A stretch of DNA of 64,000 nucleotides from the NCBI GenBank assembly GCA_965649765.1, contig OZ287749.1, positions 5,642,001 to 5,706,000 of the forward strand, read 5' to 3'. This DNA comes from Bispira polyomma. Its lineage: Eukaryota. Positions 1-15,000 of the stretch are shown one piece after another. How positions within the stretch are numbered: position 1 is the stretch's first letter; every line of letters starts with the position of its first letter. The notes beneath the pieces are model-generated. The model worked only from the letters and a program-made list of their open reading frames with translations, was not told the DNA's origin and ran no database searches. Made by a program: the position numbers and the translations under genes.

Positions 1-35
1 AATGTATAATTTAAGTGATGCTTTTTCTTTTCCAG

Positions 36-3000
36 ATTGGAATTTGATGCATATGACTATCACTCGGGAATGAAGCAGATTACATGGATATTACAAGATA
101 TGAATGATCTGACAGTGCATGGACAGGGAACAATTGCTGTTATCAGGACAAATGTAAGTGATATTGTCTGGTAAAAATACATTACTATTATAACATCTAT
201 CACAAAATCTTTTAAATATATTTTACTTTCATATTTTGAAAACAACTATTATTTACAGAGTTCTTGCTGTTATAATATGAGGTTATATCATATTATCTTT
301 CTGTAATTTTATTATGTAAAGGGTTTTGTCATAATTTGTATTCATCAGATGCAGGACAGTTCTTGTACCCCAGAGCATTGCTACTGTATTGGAAGGGAAG
401 AAGAATGTTTTATGAGAACATATCAGATCATTCCTGACCTGAGCAAGTTGAATATTTCATTTGGAGAACATGATTTTGATTATATATTTACAATCACTTT
501 GACCAACAATGCAATGCTACAAACTGTACTGGAGTTCCAGGTTTGACAATTTTGACATCAATTTATACCTATTAATGTAAGTCACTGGTTCAAAAGGATA
601 TGTTATCTATACCTTTTACAGTGTTAATATTTATGTTTCCCACACAGATCACCATTGATGTGTCCCCACCAGTACAAGGCCATGTATTTGATGCTGAACC
701 AGGGGGGACAGACCATGACTATCAATCAAGTCTAATCGTCCATGCCTCCTGGAAAGGCTTCTTTGACAGAGAAAGTGGTATTAAATATTACAAATATGCC
801 ATTCATACTGCTTGTCTGATGGAAAAAAACTTTTCTAATGGGGGGTCATCACCAACTGAGGTAATTATGTTCAGGAATTGTTCAAGATGTAAATTGTACT
901 GCATGAGATGGTATGAGATGGCCATGTATAACAAATTGACTTAAAGTATGACTTCTTGGCTTTAGTTAAAAAAATACATACATGGATAATATGTTTTGTA
1001 TGAACTACAATTGTTACATTTCACATATCATCCACCTTTGAAACATTCAAGACAGAGACAATTATTGAGACTGATACCTACAACAGTTGATGCCTACATT
1101 ATATTGTTGATTCTTCTCCACAGAGGTACCACGTCTGATACCTGTGACTATTTACTAGGGATGGCACACGTTATGCTCTTTACCCTACATTATATTTGAC
1201 TCATTCCAGATAGCTACCACTTCTAACACCTTTGGTTCCAAATCACTGACAGAGGGTGGCACATATTATACCACAGTTGTAGCCTACAACCATGCCTTAG
1301 AGCCATCACATCATGTTTGTTCAGACGGTGTTACAATAGATACAACACTGCCTGTAGTTGTATCAATGCAAGTCTGGCATGCTTACATTAAGCCAGGATT
1401 AGTAAGAGATGTCAAGACGATGATGTATATGGATAAAAAAGGCTATGTGTATGAGTTAGAGGTACAGAGTGAGGATTGTAGGTATGCTATATATTATAAT
1501 GCAACCTTTTGTATTTCAAACATAACTGTATCATTTTAATCATTTTAAAACACTAATATTTACTTTACTTGTTATAAAACAGTATCGCTGAAAATTATTT
1601 TAAATGTAAAAGTCTGTTGATATATCTAACTATAGAACAAATAGCATGAATTTAAACTAAAGCCAATGACATGCAATAAAACTTTGGGTTATGTGTTCTA
1701 GAATCATCGATTAATTTTGCAACATTAATTTGGCACTATCCGTTTTAATGTATAGATACATTCAGTAGTTGTTCTGAAATTTTGCATTCTTTCAATAAAG
1801 AAATACATCATAGCCTATTTTAAATGTTACATTTTAACACCTTTGCAAATTCAGCAAAGCTCATTTGACCCATTACAATATCTGTTTTACAGAGCCAGAG
1901 TTGTCAGTGATTTGTCATTGTACGAAAGCCATTCTTTCAAGAAACCTATTAAAGAATACCAAAATAACTGTACTTCCTACCAACCTGCTGGAGAAAGACA
2001 TTATCTGGGACAAGAATTTATGGTAAACAGGATATAAAATAGATTAAATAGTTTGATCAATATTGAATAATTACTTAATGGTTGTAAAATTCATACATTA
2101 TTGGATCTAGATTAAAATGGTTTATAATCCTACAAAATATGCAGGGTTTTAAAAGTGTTTTTTTGAGCTTTGAGCATCTAAAATAAACTATTTGAATTTT
2201 AAATAAAAATTCGTGCATAATGCCTACTTCTTTACAATGCACACATTCTTCAAAATACATAACTGTCATTATGGTTTGATATATAATTGTGACACCAAAA
2301 TAAATTATTTGTTGTGTTTTGTTTGTGTGATTGTATTGTTAAATACATTCTTGTTTGGGTTCAAGTTTGAAATGACTTGGTCTGGGACAGATGAAGAAAG
2401 TCCCATGCATGACTACATGATAGCTCTGAGTTCTACAGAAACTGGACATGGTGACATTATGACCTACACCAGCAGTTATGGGCGAGAGTACTTTATTACA
2501 TATCAGCCAAACTTAGTTGATTTTCTAGAATTTTATGTCAATTTGAAAGCACGAAACAAAGCAGGCCTGGAAACAGTTAAGGTCTGTATGTTAAACTGTT
2601 TGCATTATTAAAACCTTAAATTAAAGTAACTCATTTAAGCATCAGTTAACCTGTTGTGTGATTTGTATAGCCAATACTTTATGTTACAAAGTAATGAGTA
2701 TTAAGGTTTTTATTATATTTTGACATATCAAGAGTTTACTTAATCAATGCTAATTTAATGTATTAACTAAATATCCTTATTTTAGACACTTGGTCCTTTT
2801 CAAGTAAGAGTTAGTGGTCCAACATTCGATGGTGATATTGTGATGTCCTATGAGGATGCAAATACTGAATTTCTGATGGTTTCCTTTGATGGTTCTGCTT
2901 ATGACAATGAGGACATCAAGCAAAACTACTTGAAAAATGTTAAATTCTCACTGGGTAGGGAATGGATACAGTATTATATATTGCATTGCTAGTTCTGATT

Positions 3001-6000
3001 ATTATATGCAACATTATAATAATTATGCCGAATTACATAGAATTTTTAACATTTAAGCAACTAAACTAATAATAGAAATCAATTTTTGAAAAAGGCACAG
3101 GCGAAATTAAATTCCAGGTAGATTTTAAATCCTCTTGAATGAATAATAATAAATAATAATATATCAGACTTTTTTAGCGCTTATTTTCGTTGTAACGAAT
3201 TCTAAGGCGCAAAAAAACCACAGCCAGTCGAAAAACATAGGTGATAGACAGAAGAAAGTATTTCAATCTTTTATGGGCAGATATACATGTATGTGAGCAC
3301 ATAACAGCATTTAATACAATTAATAATTAACCTTTTATAACCAAAAGGTGAAGGAGCCTGCAGTGGAGACCTCATTTCCTGGACTGTTATAGAAAACCCA
3401 GTCAACAGTTTTGGCTGTGACAACACTTGGCCACCAACCTGTCTACTTATTGACCCTGATGTACAAGGTTTCCATCTGCATCAGAACACAAAATACTGTT
3501 TGTCCATACGCTTTGAGGCTTACAATAAACTGGTCACCAGTAGGACTGTTTGGTACAAGCACGATAAACCTACTTTTGGTACAGGGATACTTATCGAGGT
3601 TGATCATGATGACTTTGAGCTAGTAAGCAGTTAATGACCAATTAATTTGGGAATACATTTAGCCTTTGTCCAATGCCATGTTGGATTTTATGTGAGGTAT
3701 TTCAGAGCCACCATTACACAACCTCCTTCGACAAATAATTTCTTTTTTTCACATATTCTTGGATACAAACATATAAATATGCTACTCAGTATCAAACATA
3801 AGTGGATTCCAATTCAAAGTTTGTTGTTGTTTGATATCCCAGCTGTATTTACCTTACCTTACCATAACCTGCATTGTATGTGCTTTATGATGCATAACTT
3901 ATTGTACTTTAATATTCAAAAGGATGTTCAAAAGGATATAGACTATCAAACATCTACTGAGAGTATATTGGTATGGTATATCCAACACAAGTCTGATGAC
4001 AATATCAATCTACAATATTTAGTTGGAATTGGAACAAGACCAGGTGATGATGATGTAAAAGCCTTCAGAGCAGTGGCCGTTACAGATGAAATTCAAATTC
4101 TGGATCTATCATTGGAATTTAATACAGTAAGCTGATATTATATTATGTTTCTGCCACCTTACAGTGATATCTTTTTGGCCTAGGGGTTAGAGTATTACAC
4201 TGTGGTTCTGAGTGATCTCAGAGCCCTGGTTCGATTCTCGCTGCAGGTCTGGAGATTGTACAATTGGACAAGATGCTTTACACAAAGTTGTACCAGGGTA
4301 TAAATAGGAACCTGGCTGTTAATGGATGTCATACTTTGTGTGCCGCATGTGGCAGCACAGTTAGTATGCTTCCTGAGGGAGCTGAGACAGAACAATTGTT
4401 GAAGAACAAGGTGAAAGAACCCTGGCTGGGGATGTAAACTGTAAAGTCGCCTGATACCTCAATAGAGGTGATATCAGACTATGAAACCTACACACACTTA
4501 CATTTACAAACCAATGCAGTAGCACTCAGAATAACAAGAAACAAGGTTTTTGCACTTTAAATTATATGTTGTTGCCTTTCTTTTTTCTTCAGCGTGTTGC
4601 TCTATAAAATATGTTAATAATATAAACTGTTATTTAAAAGTTTTAAAATTTATTTAGAACTATAAAATATGGTTTCTCTGTTGATTTGTTTCATAATGCA
4701 GTTGAATAAGTGGATGTGTTTATGAATTAGTATTATCTATGCTTTAACTACACAAATAACGCCACTATATATATAACACTGACAATCTTTTGTAATTGTG
4801 ATATTAAATTTATCAGTTCAGTTTGACTTTACTCAAGTAAATACATCGGGTAATCAAAAAGTAATCGAAAAATTGCAGACATGACAATGTATTTAAAAAA
4901 GGATTTAGTTCAATTTGTATGTTGTCCCAATGGGCAGCAACCAGTAGAATAAATAGGAACAGTGTAGGTGGTGAAGATTTATGTTCTGTAAATCCCTGAC
5001 CATCTGAAAGTCTACTGCTACATTTATCACATGCATTCAGAGTTTCGAACCCTGACTGCAGACATGGGTTGCAAGTGTGCTACCTGAAGCTAAAAACAAA
5101 GCAAAGGGTGAAATAGATTAACTGAGTGAGAAATGTTAATGATCAATGATGACTGAAACACAACAAAGGCACATCGTCAGCCATTATACAGTAATAGTAA
5201 ATACTCCAAGATAGTATGTAATAGATTACATTTTATTGCTTACGAAAGACCAATTTTTCTTTCAGGAATACTTTACAACAATTAAAGTTGTGGCCAAAGA
5301 AGGTGATACATATACTTTGGTAAGCTCAGATGGTGTGATAGTTTTACCTTTAAACTCAGAGCTTCCAGATTTTATTGCTAATGACGGCATCCCATGCACC
5401 AGTGGTGAGAAAAGATTTATATATTCATTTCATTTATTTAGACTCTGACACAAATACAACGTTTCAGATGTTGTGTATAACTTAATGTTCATTAATGCCA
5501 TAAATTATCACAAAATGTCAGTGTAAAATAACATAAAAGTATTGTGCTTCACTGCAGATGAATCAACTAATGCTGTGATTTTGACTCACCATACTGGCCT
5601 TGCTGATGTACCTATTTGCAACATGGATATTGATTATCAAACTCAAACTACTGTATTATCGTCTTTCTGGACTTATAACCCAACTGATGCTCATGTTCAG
5701 TATTTCCTAATTGCAGTAGAGAAGAGGGAACATAAGTATGTTGATCTGGAATAATTATAATGGAAGACATTTTACTACATCATGAATATAAATTATGTGC
5801 ATATTATAAGGCTACTGTGTTGAATAATTACTTTTTGTAATATTTCTTTGATGTTATTGCACCTTGTAAACTAATAACGTTTCATGTTCCATTGATTTGA
5901 TACTTGACTGGGGCTTACATACCACCAGTGGCAAGAATTAATTAACATACACTTTAGTTTACATGTTCTTAATATTTTTTATAGTGATCAAGATACCTGG

Positions 6001-9000
6001 GATTCAATATTATCAAACTACTTTATTGGCAATGTAAATTCAGTAAGTCTGGCCGGTCTATACTTAGAAGGTGGACAAATATTTCGAGTGGTTATTCAAG
6101 GTTGCCATCCAGCTGGGTGTTATATGGTAAATATGTAGAAAATTACTGTGTTAGGAAAAAGATTATTAACTCACTTTAAATTTAAATTCTACTAAGTTAA
6201 TGACTTAATGTTTGTTATTTTTTTCAAACCTACAAACCCTCCTTTCCATCAGATATTTACATAAAAAAGATAATTTTACTGTTTCTAAAATACACTATTT
6301 CACTTCAAATTGGTATTTAAAGTAACTGCTACATTTCTCTTTTATATTAATGTTCTTTAATATTATTTATATTTACTGCTCAAAAGTGCACATATATTTA
6401 GATTCATCATTTAGTTTCTCAAAGTGATACATGTCATAATTCCTTCTTTGTAGCCACAAGCTACAGATGGAGTGATGATTCTGCCTACAGAGCCAGTTGC
6501 AAAGAAAATAACTGATGTTCAATATAATGATACAGATGTTTCCATCACTGTTACGTGGAATCCATTTCTGGACTCTTATCATGGTATAGACTTTAAAGTT
6601 ATCAATCAGTATGCCATAGCCATATTTGTAAGACCTGAACATACAGAGGAGATACATCAGCTTACAGAGTGGATTCATCTGCTAGAAGAGGATTACAATG
6701 TTGATCCTGAAACTAAAATGGTAGTACAGTTAAATGTATCAAACCTGTAATTTCTAATTCATTGCATTCGATTAAATTTCAGTTTAAATGGTGTAGTTTA
6801 CTTTTGTAAAAATAAATCATTTTAATGTATGATTTACATATCTTTGTTTAGATAAATTTCACTCACGTCTTGGATGACAAATTAGAGGCATCATCCTGTC
6901 TTGTGATAGCTATAAGAGGATATAACAGGGCCATGCTTTCTTCAACCAGTTACAAAGAATTTTTGGGTTGTACAGTACCAGACAGGTACAACCTGAAAGT
7001 ATTCGATGCTGTTGGTGAACGACATGTTGATGGTACAATGGGGTAAGAGTATATAATCAGATTAAAGGCTTGTTTTAGTTAGTTCCAAATCAAATTATAG
7101 TCTAAAATGTTGTGATATTGTTAACATAAGCACACATAAAATTATATATCGGTTTGTCAGATTATCAGGTTCTTATCGTTTACTTAAATTTTTATTTGTC
7201 ATTATCAATACTGAAATATATATATATATACATATTTTGATCATGCTATTATACTGTATTACATTATTATCTAACAGTAAAATGTCTTCTATAATTAGTT
7301 TTCACACAATTTCAGTGGAATTTTACTGCTAAATGAATGCCAGGTAAACACACTAAATGACCTTGCAATACACTACACCCAATGTTAGTAGGGTACATAC
7401 ATCTCAGGGGCAACCTGAAATTTATATATTATCAATCTATACTTTTCCTAAAAAATATGTATTTGGAATGTGATTTCGACTTTATGGTGAAACAGTAAAA
7501 ACGTTATGCTGTTGCCAATTTTTCATTAATTTCAGAGATATTTTTCTCACTGGTAATGAACCTTGGGATAAACCAGATGCTGAATATACTTGGTCAAAAA
7601 CTTCACTGTCAGCTGTTTGGTATCCACTCAGACATGGATTGATGAGATGGAAAGTTGTCAATGGAATCAATCTAGACAGAGTGGCTTATAAAAAGAAGAA
7701 CCTAAATCGCCTAGATTATTTGGATTTTGACTGTGACTCACCAGAGGTCTTGGCTTGTGGGAGTACCTATGTACATATATTGAATTATTATCAAAGTCAT
7801 TATTATTATCAATATTAAACTTTTAGCACTTATTTTTAATAAAATTCTAAGGTGCTAAATGAAATAGTAATCCAAATCCAAAATGGTAATCGATGGAAAA
7901 ACTAGCAGACAACTAATTAGTTAATGCATTATTTAACAAACATGTGAATGAATATAAGGAGGGAATTTTTGTAGGTATTGTCCTGATGAATTGAGGTAAA
8001 ATGCACCTTTAATCTGTGTACCCAGGACTTATAAACATAACCATAATTTTTGTTCTTAGTCCAGAAATTTATTCATATTGTTTTGTAATGTAAAGTAATA
8101 TGCCAAATATGTATGTAGATGCAAAACAATTTTGTTGACATGCCTTGTGATAATCAAAGGAAAAACCTAACCTGTACATAGAGCCAAAACAAAGCTGGAA
8201 CAGTCTTTAGGTAATGACCATATAACAGTAGCTTAAGCAGTTATAACTAAGCTGATCTACCTGTAACTGTATCGTGTTTCTTTTGACAGAATAAGGTTGT
8301 CAGTGTGCACAACCTCAGCCTTGAAGATGGTTTCAGGTACCACATATGCATATATGCTAATACCACCACAATTAGCCATGAAAAATGGAAGGAAGTGTTG
8401 CCAGAAATATCAGTTTGCACCAATGGTGTAACAGTGGATACTGAGCCACCTATTGGAGGTTTAGTTTGGATTGGAAATATTGAGAGACATAGACCAATTC
8501 AGGTTTTTACATATTTATGTTATCAATATGAATTGATTATTAGTACAATAAATGGTATAATTTAGTACATCTCTGTTTAATGGCTTGATCTACATTTTGA
8601 CACCCATGAGTTTAAGTGGTAAGCACAGTTTAAAAAATTTTATTGACAGCATAGATAAACAATTTTTATTATAGTTAATCCTGCACAGGCAATAACCTAT
8701 GATATTGTTTAAACTAACATAACTAAATTAATGACATTGAAAGGATGGTATTTAAACCTCAGATATCGACTATTTTAGATTTATAACCTGGTGCTCCTAG
8801 TTTACTGGAGTTCTTTCATAGATGTGGAAGTTAATCAAAAGACAACTCACAAGTCTGGGATCCAGAGCTACCAACTTGCAATAGGTGTTTACATTATTAA
8901 ATCCTTATTGTTGTATTAATGCTTAAACCAGATTGAGCTGGTGTTATCTGATATCTTTGCAATAAATTGTCAATAACTTAAGATGCATGGGTTTTATTTT

Positions 9001-12000
9001 TGTTACAGTCATTGCACCTACAGATATGCTGCTTCATCCAAAAAAAATATTCAGTAAATGGTTACAAAGTAATGAAAATATATATTGAGAGTAACACAGT
9101 ATGATCATGCATTTCTATATACTGAGGGAGTTAGTAGTTATAAACCTATACTCTGTTCACCATGTTTAGTTTTGTGATTTTTATGACTCTACTTTATTAT
9201 TATTATTAGTACACATTTTTAACGCGCTTTTTTATGCTAGGCATCTTCTAAAGTGCAACAGGAGAATCAGTGATCCAATCGTGAAGTCAATAGGCATAGC
9301 AAGGTTGTAAGGAAAGATTTGAGGGTGTACAGGAGGGAAACCAAGGTGGATAGTAGAGGTTAAAAAGATAGGTTTTGAGCTTTTTCCTGAAATCGATAAG
9401 TGTATCTACTAATCTAAGGTCAATTGGGAGACTGTTCCATAACAAGGGAGCTGCAATGGAGAAAGCTCTGGATCCCGCCTTTGTGGTGGGTCTAACCAAA
9501 GAGAGTCTGTTGCCTCTCTACAGGTTACTGAAAGAGGGAAGGGAAGCGAGGAAAGAGGGCTGTTGAATGACTACAGCCTTGAAAGTAGTAACGTGTAATG
9601 TAGTTTTTTTAGGTAAGGAGAGACATCTGTGCGACCTCTCAGGCGAAAAATCACAATGTACAATTTTATTTTGATTTACCTTTCATGTCAGGTTCATCTA
9701 TAGACAATCAGGACGTATTAGACTTTCAGGATGTGGGTCTTACCAATTTTAAGACAATCACTGGTTTAACACTTACCAATGGAAGAACATACTATGTAAC
9801 AATTAAAGGTAATTAAAATTAATAATTTATTGTTTAACTGTGATAAAAATATATTTTTATTATAAATACAATGTCAATTTGAGGTTATATTATTGGTGAT
9901 GGATGTCTCCATTTTGCCCTGTGCTTTGCCAAAATGTTATCTTATTTCCATGGTGAACATTTAACAATTATGTGTTATTGAAGCAGTCTTAGCATAATAA
10001 TTCAATCAATACTTAACTTAATTGTGACACAGTTACCTGGATTGTGTAGTCTTGTAAACTGTTTTGTAGTATATGTTTGAACTCTATATATATACTGTAA
10101 CAAATGTACATTTATTAATACACTGTGATGCTATGTGGATCCCCACAGTCTTGTAAACTGTTTTGTAGTATATGTTTGAACTCTATATATATACTGTAAC
10201 AAATGTACATTTATTAATACACTGTGATGCTATGTGGGTCCCAAAAATATTACTGTGAAAGAGTACCTTGTTTTCTAGCCTTGGACTATGTTGGACTTCA
10301 AACATCTGTGACATCAGAAGGAGTGACAATAGACATGACACCACCAAGTATTGATAGAGATGAGTTTCATGTCTCTGATTCCTATCTAACAACAGAGAAT
10401 AGCATCAAGATAACATATCCTACTGGATCAGTTAGTGATCCTGAGTCAGGTGCCGTGTTTAGTTTGAACTTCAGGTTGCCATATTTAGCATAAATTAATA
10501 TGATTATGATAAATTAATGTCAATCTTTGTTATAATTTGTCAATCATAAAATGTAATAGTTTACTGCATCTAGGTTATCAATGTATTTAGCAATAATAAG
10601 AATTTAATAATGTACAGTATTACTTATTGTGTTGCATTTGAATTATTAATACAGTTGTCTTGTATAGGTATTGCTGATTGCATGTGGTGTATTGGATCAA
10701 AGAAAAATCTATGTGACTCTCTGGATAGAACAAAAGTGACAGAAGCCTTTTTGTCTATAAATTTTGATATGGCAGAGTTTTCAGATGGACAGGAGTACTT
10801 TGTTTTACTGGAGGTGTATTATTTTTTATATTGTGTAATTGGAATGTATGTAGGTTATATTATCAATCTCAAACAAAGTGCATTTACCAAGTACCACAAA
10901 CACAAGTTTGCCTAGTGACTCCGATGATCACATTTAAAATGGCGGTCCCCTGTCACTGAGTACTATCTCAAGTGGCAGAATAAAGATCATTGGGGATGTT
11001 GATAAATAGTCATCCTCAAGCAAACCTCAGTGTACATAGTTGCTGCCCATGAGTAAGCGCATTTGAAATGAGGCTATGTTGTATAAGTGTGCTATGACAA
11101 ATGTCATATTTCATTTTCATATTTAATATTTATGGTCATATGTTTTTACATATGATTAATTGTTACATTTAATATGTTGAACATGATACTGAAATGTCTG
11201 TGTCAGTCAACTTGTTGCAGTAAAGTATGTTGAAAGTGAGTTAAGTTAAAATGGTGTAAATATTTACATTCAAAGTCGTTTTGTAGTTCTCACAGTTGTA
11301 TCATTTGATGAAATACAACAATAATGGGTCCTATAATAAATAGGTTTTAATGGTTTCATTTTGATCTCACAAATATCACCATCAGTCAAGGATGAGTGAA
11401 GCCTAAAATATATTAAGTGCATTTTTATATAGCTAACAACGGAGACTATTTTCAGGCATTCAATGGAGCCGGATTGTCAGTTTCCAAAACAGTTGCAACC
11501 TTCATTGTAGATGGGTCTGCCCCTATTGCAGGATTTGTGCATGAAGTCGAAAGTAATTCAACGATTGAAAAAGATTACCAGGTATCTTAAGTTTGTTTTG
11601 TTGTAATTTGTCTTTAATACTTAATTATGTAGATTGGCAAATGGCTCCATAATCTGCACTGGGGGTGGGGCGCTCGATGGGTTTAAAATTACATGTTATA
11701 CAAAGTGTAACAAAAAATAAATGTCAAATTATTTCCATCAATATATTTTGGTGTGAACAACTATTTAAAATTACAATAACTACGTATTTTACTCTGAGTA
11801 TATCCTATTTATGAGCAATGATTGCCATTTTCAAGCCGTTGATAGTACCTATATTTAAAATATTGGCTTAATAATAATTGTGAATATTTTAAACAGCAAA
11901 TAATGAAATGAAAAAAGTCATTACTCTCTTAATTTTGTGCCTATTTCATTAAACAGGTATCCAGAAATGATCTCTACATTGTGTGGGGAAACTTTGCAGA

Positions 12001-15000
12001 TCCTGAAAGTCATATAACAGAATATAGGTTAACAGTTGGCTCCTGTAAAACATGCTCTGATATTTTGGATGATGTGTATGTGGGCCTTGTAAATGGTAAG
12101 TGAGCTTCTAGTCTGTTTTACATTCAGTTACAAGGGTAAAAAAGGACTGTAACTGTTTCATTGCTTCAGTTGATTTTGTTGTTATTGCCTTGATACATGT
12201 TATGTTTATTTTATGCAGCATATCATATAAGCCACCTTGCTTTAAAATCTGGAATAAAATATTACACTCAAGTCAAAGCTTGTAGCAGTGTCCATCTCTG
12301 TACTGTTGCCTGGTCAGATGGTATAACCATTGATGGAACTCCTCCACATTTGGGTCATGTGTATGATGGACTTTATGATGATGACCAAGATTACCAACCC
12401 CATAAGTATGGTTTTGGTTGTCAGGACCATTAATTTAAAATGCTTCAAAAAGTCTAAATCAAATGCAAATATACAAACATATACATCATTTTCCTTAACA
12501 TAAATGTATTATGTATTTACATAAACAAATTGGGGTATTAGTTATGTATACCCATGTTTATTGTATACTTGCTGACTGTTTAATAGCCTTTATACACTCT
12601 GTGCACAGTAACATGGTACAGGTTCACTTGGAGAATGTGCATGACATGCAGTCAGGGATCTCTGACATTAGCTGGTGGGCTGGCACAACTCCTGGTGGTC
12701 TGGATGTATTTACAGAACAGGTTTCCCACTCACACACTGTATTACAGCATGCTTTACCTGATGATTTACCTGATGGTACCACCATTTATGCCACTGTGAA
12801 ATCTTGCAACAAAGCTGGTAAACAAAGTTTACAAACACAGTACAGTTAATTTATAGTTACTTTATTTACATTAAGTCTTCAAAATGTAAAATTTTAAAGC
12901 TAAACCACTTATTATATTTTGTTTGGTTTGTTTTGACAAGACTCTGCATGTATATTATGTATTATAATACAGAAATACAAAATACAAATGAGTGTTTTAT
13001 CAGACTGAGTCCATTAATTCAACCTCAGAGACTGTTTAAAATCCGCATAAAACACGAGTTTAAGTATTTTATTCCTTTTCTAAAATGATATACCATTATT
13101 TTTTATTGAAATTAGCCATAATACCTAAAACTTGTCACCAGTATGTAGACCGTTCCATGTTTTGGCTGTCCCGTCATATAAATGTATATGACAACTAAGT
13201 TTGCAAAACAAAAATATTAAAAATTACAACAACAAAAAAAATGCCAATTATTTATTAAAAGCTCAGAAATTACTTGAGGTAAAAATTTCATAAATATCAT
13301 ATCATGAGAAGGCTTATTTTATTGCGATTGTTTTGCTTTTTGTTGTATTAAAATCCGTTGAGAAATGGCTGAGATATTTAAGTTTAAATATGGAAGAGCA
13401 TCAAGGGAGATTGGTGGAAGAACGTAAACAAAGTACCGTGCATTATGTACGGTGTTTTATACAGAATTTATACATTGCACAAAAGACGTGATTATGGGCG
13501 TTGCGCAGCCTACCATTTTAGAATATGGGATCAACCTATATGGCCTATTACTTTATTTTGGGGTTTAACGTTTTGGCAATGAGATTATGAACATTTATGG
13601 TCATAAATCAAACGATATTGTGATGTTTGTACATTTACTGTCAAAGTTATTATTGTTTATGTAATTATTTACCAACCTTCTATTTTAAAGTTTTACTTTT
13701 GGTTAGGTATTTGTTTCTTTCTTGATTTCCAAAGTTGCATCAAAATTATATACACATTAAAATTTGAAACTTAATTTTTTGCGTGATTTTAATTCATTGT
13801 TAAACAGTAAAAACAAATTTTTTTCCTAAAAGCCAATGCCGTTGTTGTGGGAGGTGACTAGAAACAACGATTGACTAGAATTTCAGAATGTACCCTGATG
13901 TGGTATGCACAGCTCGTATGGTTGGATTAATTTTTAGCCTGATTATAATCCATATTAGGCAACGATGGTGACAATTGACTATAATTTGAATATTTCGGCC
14001 AAGTGTAATCTATAGTTAGGTTAACAAGAAAATGTCATTTATGTTCTAGGTCTGTGTAAAGAAAAATCATCAGATGGATCCACCATTGACACCACAAAAC
14101 CATCAATATTGGGTAAAGTTGTGCTTATTCCTACAATCGGCATGATATTGCCAGGCTATCAGGTTAGTTTTATGTACCATAGTTTTTTGTACCATAGTTT
14201 TTTTGTACAAATATATTACGAGGTGGCTTTATATATTTATATATCCAAACCCTATTATTTATTGAAATAAAGGGAAATGTAATAGGTAACATGTGTGCGT
14301 GTTGTGCATTTTACATTATAGCAAAGAATCTAGTGATTGGATTTACTTCAGATTTATAATTATAATGTTAAATGGTCATCCTTTTAGTATAAAATGGTGG
14401 CTTTGTGATGAAAAAGATCTTTTAAGACATTTCTATTTAGACATACTCTTGCATTACTATCTCCAATAAACTGCAACTGGTCCTAATTATTTGTGCTGAA
14501 TGACATCTGAAGAAATGTTTGTGTCATATTTGTATTGAAATGATATTTCACTCGTGTTATGTTATGTGACTCCCTGACTCCTTGTTTATCAATGTTTTTG
14601 TAGATCTACAAAAATACGGTGGCTCTCCAGTGGACATCTTATGAAGATATCTCCCCCATAACAGCTACGTACATAACTATGTTACCGCAAGACGATGTGC
14701 ATGTGATTCTGCCCTCTATAAAGGTAATTTTGTCTCTTGGAAATATATAAGGAGAACTTGTACTAAAGGAGAAAATTGTAGTATATCATTCAGTATGTGA
14801 AGATTTGGGTCATAAGTATTCTTTTAGCCCTGTTGTCTCTGGAAAAGTTGTTTGACCATAATAATTAATTACTAAAATTAAAGCAACAGTAAATTTCAAT
14901 TTTAAGTGTCAAAAGGGCATTATATTTTTAGTTAATGGGAAATCCACAATCACATGTACTCAGCGGCCTTGACCTTCAAGATGGGGATGGTTACATTGCC

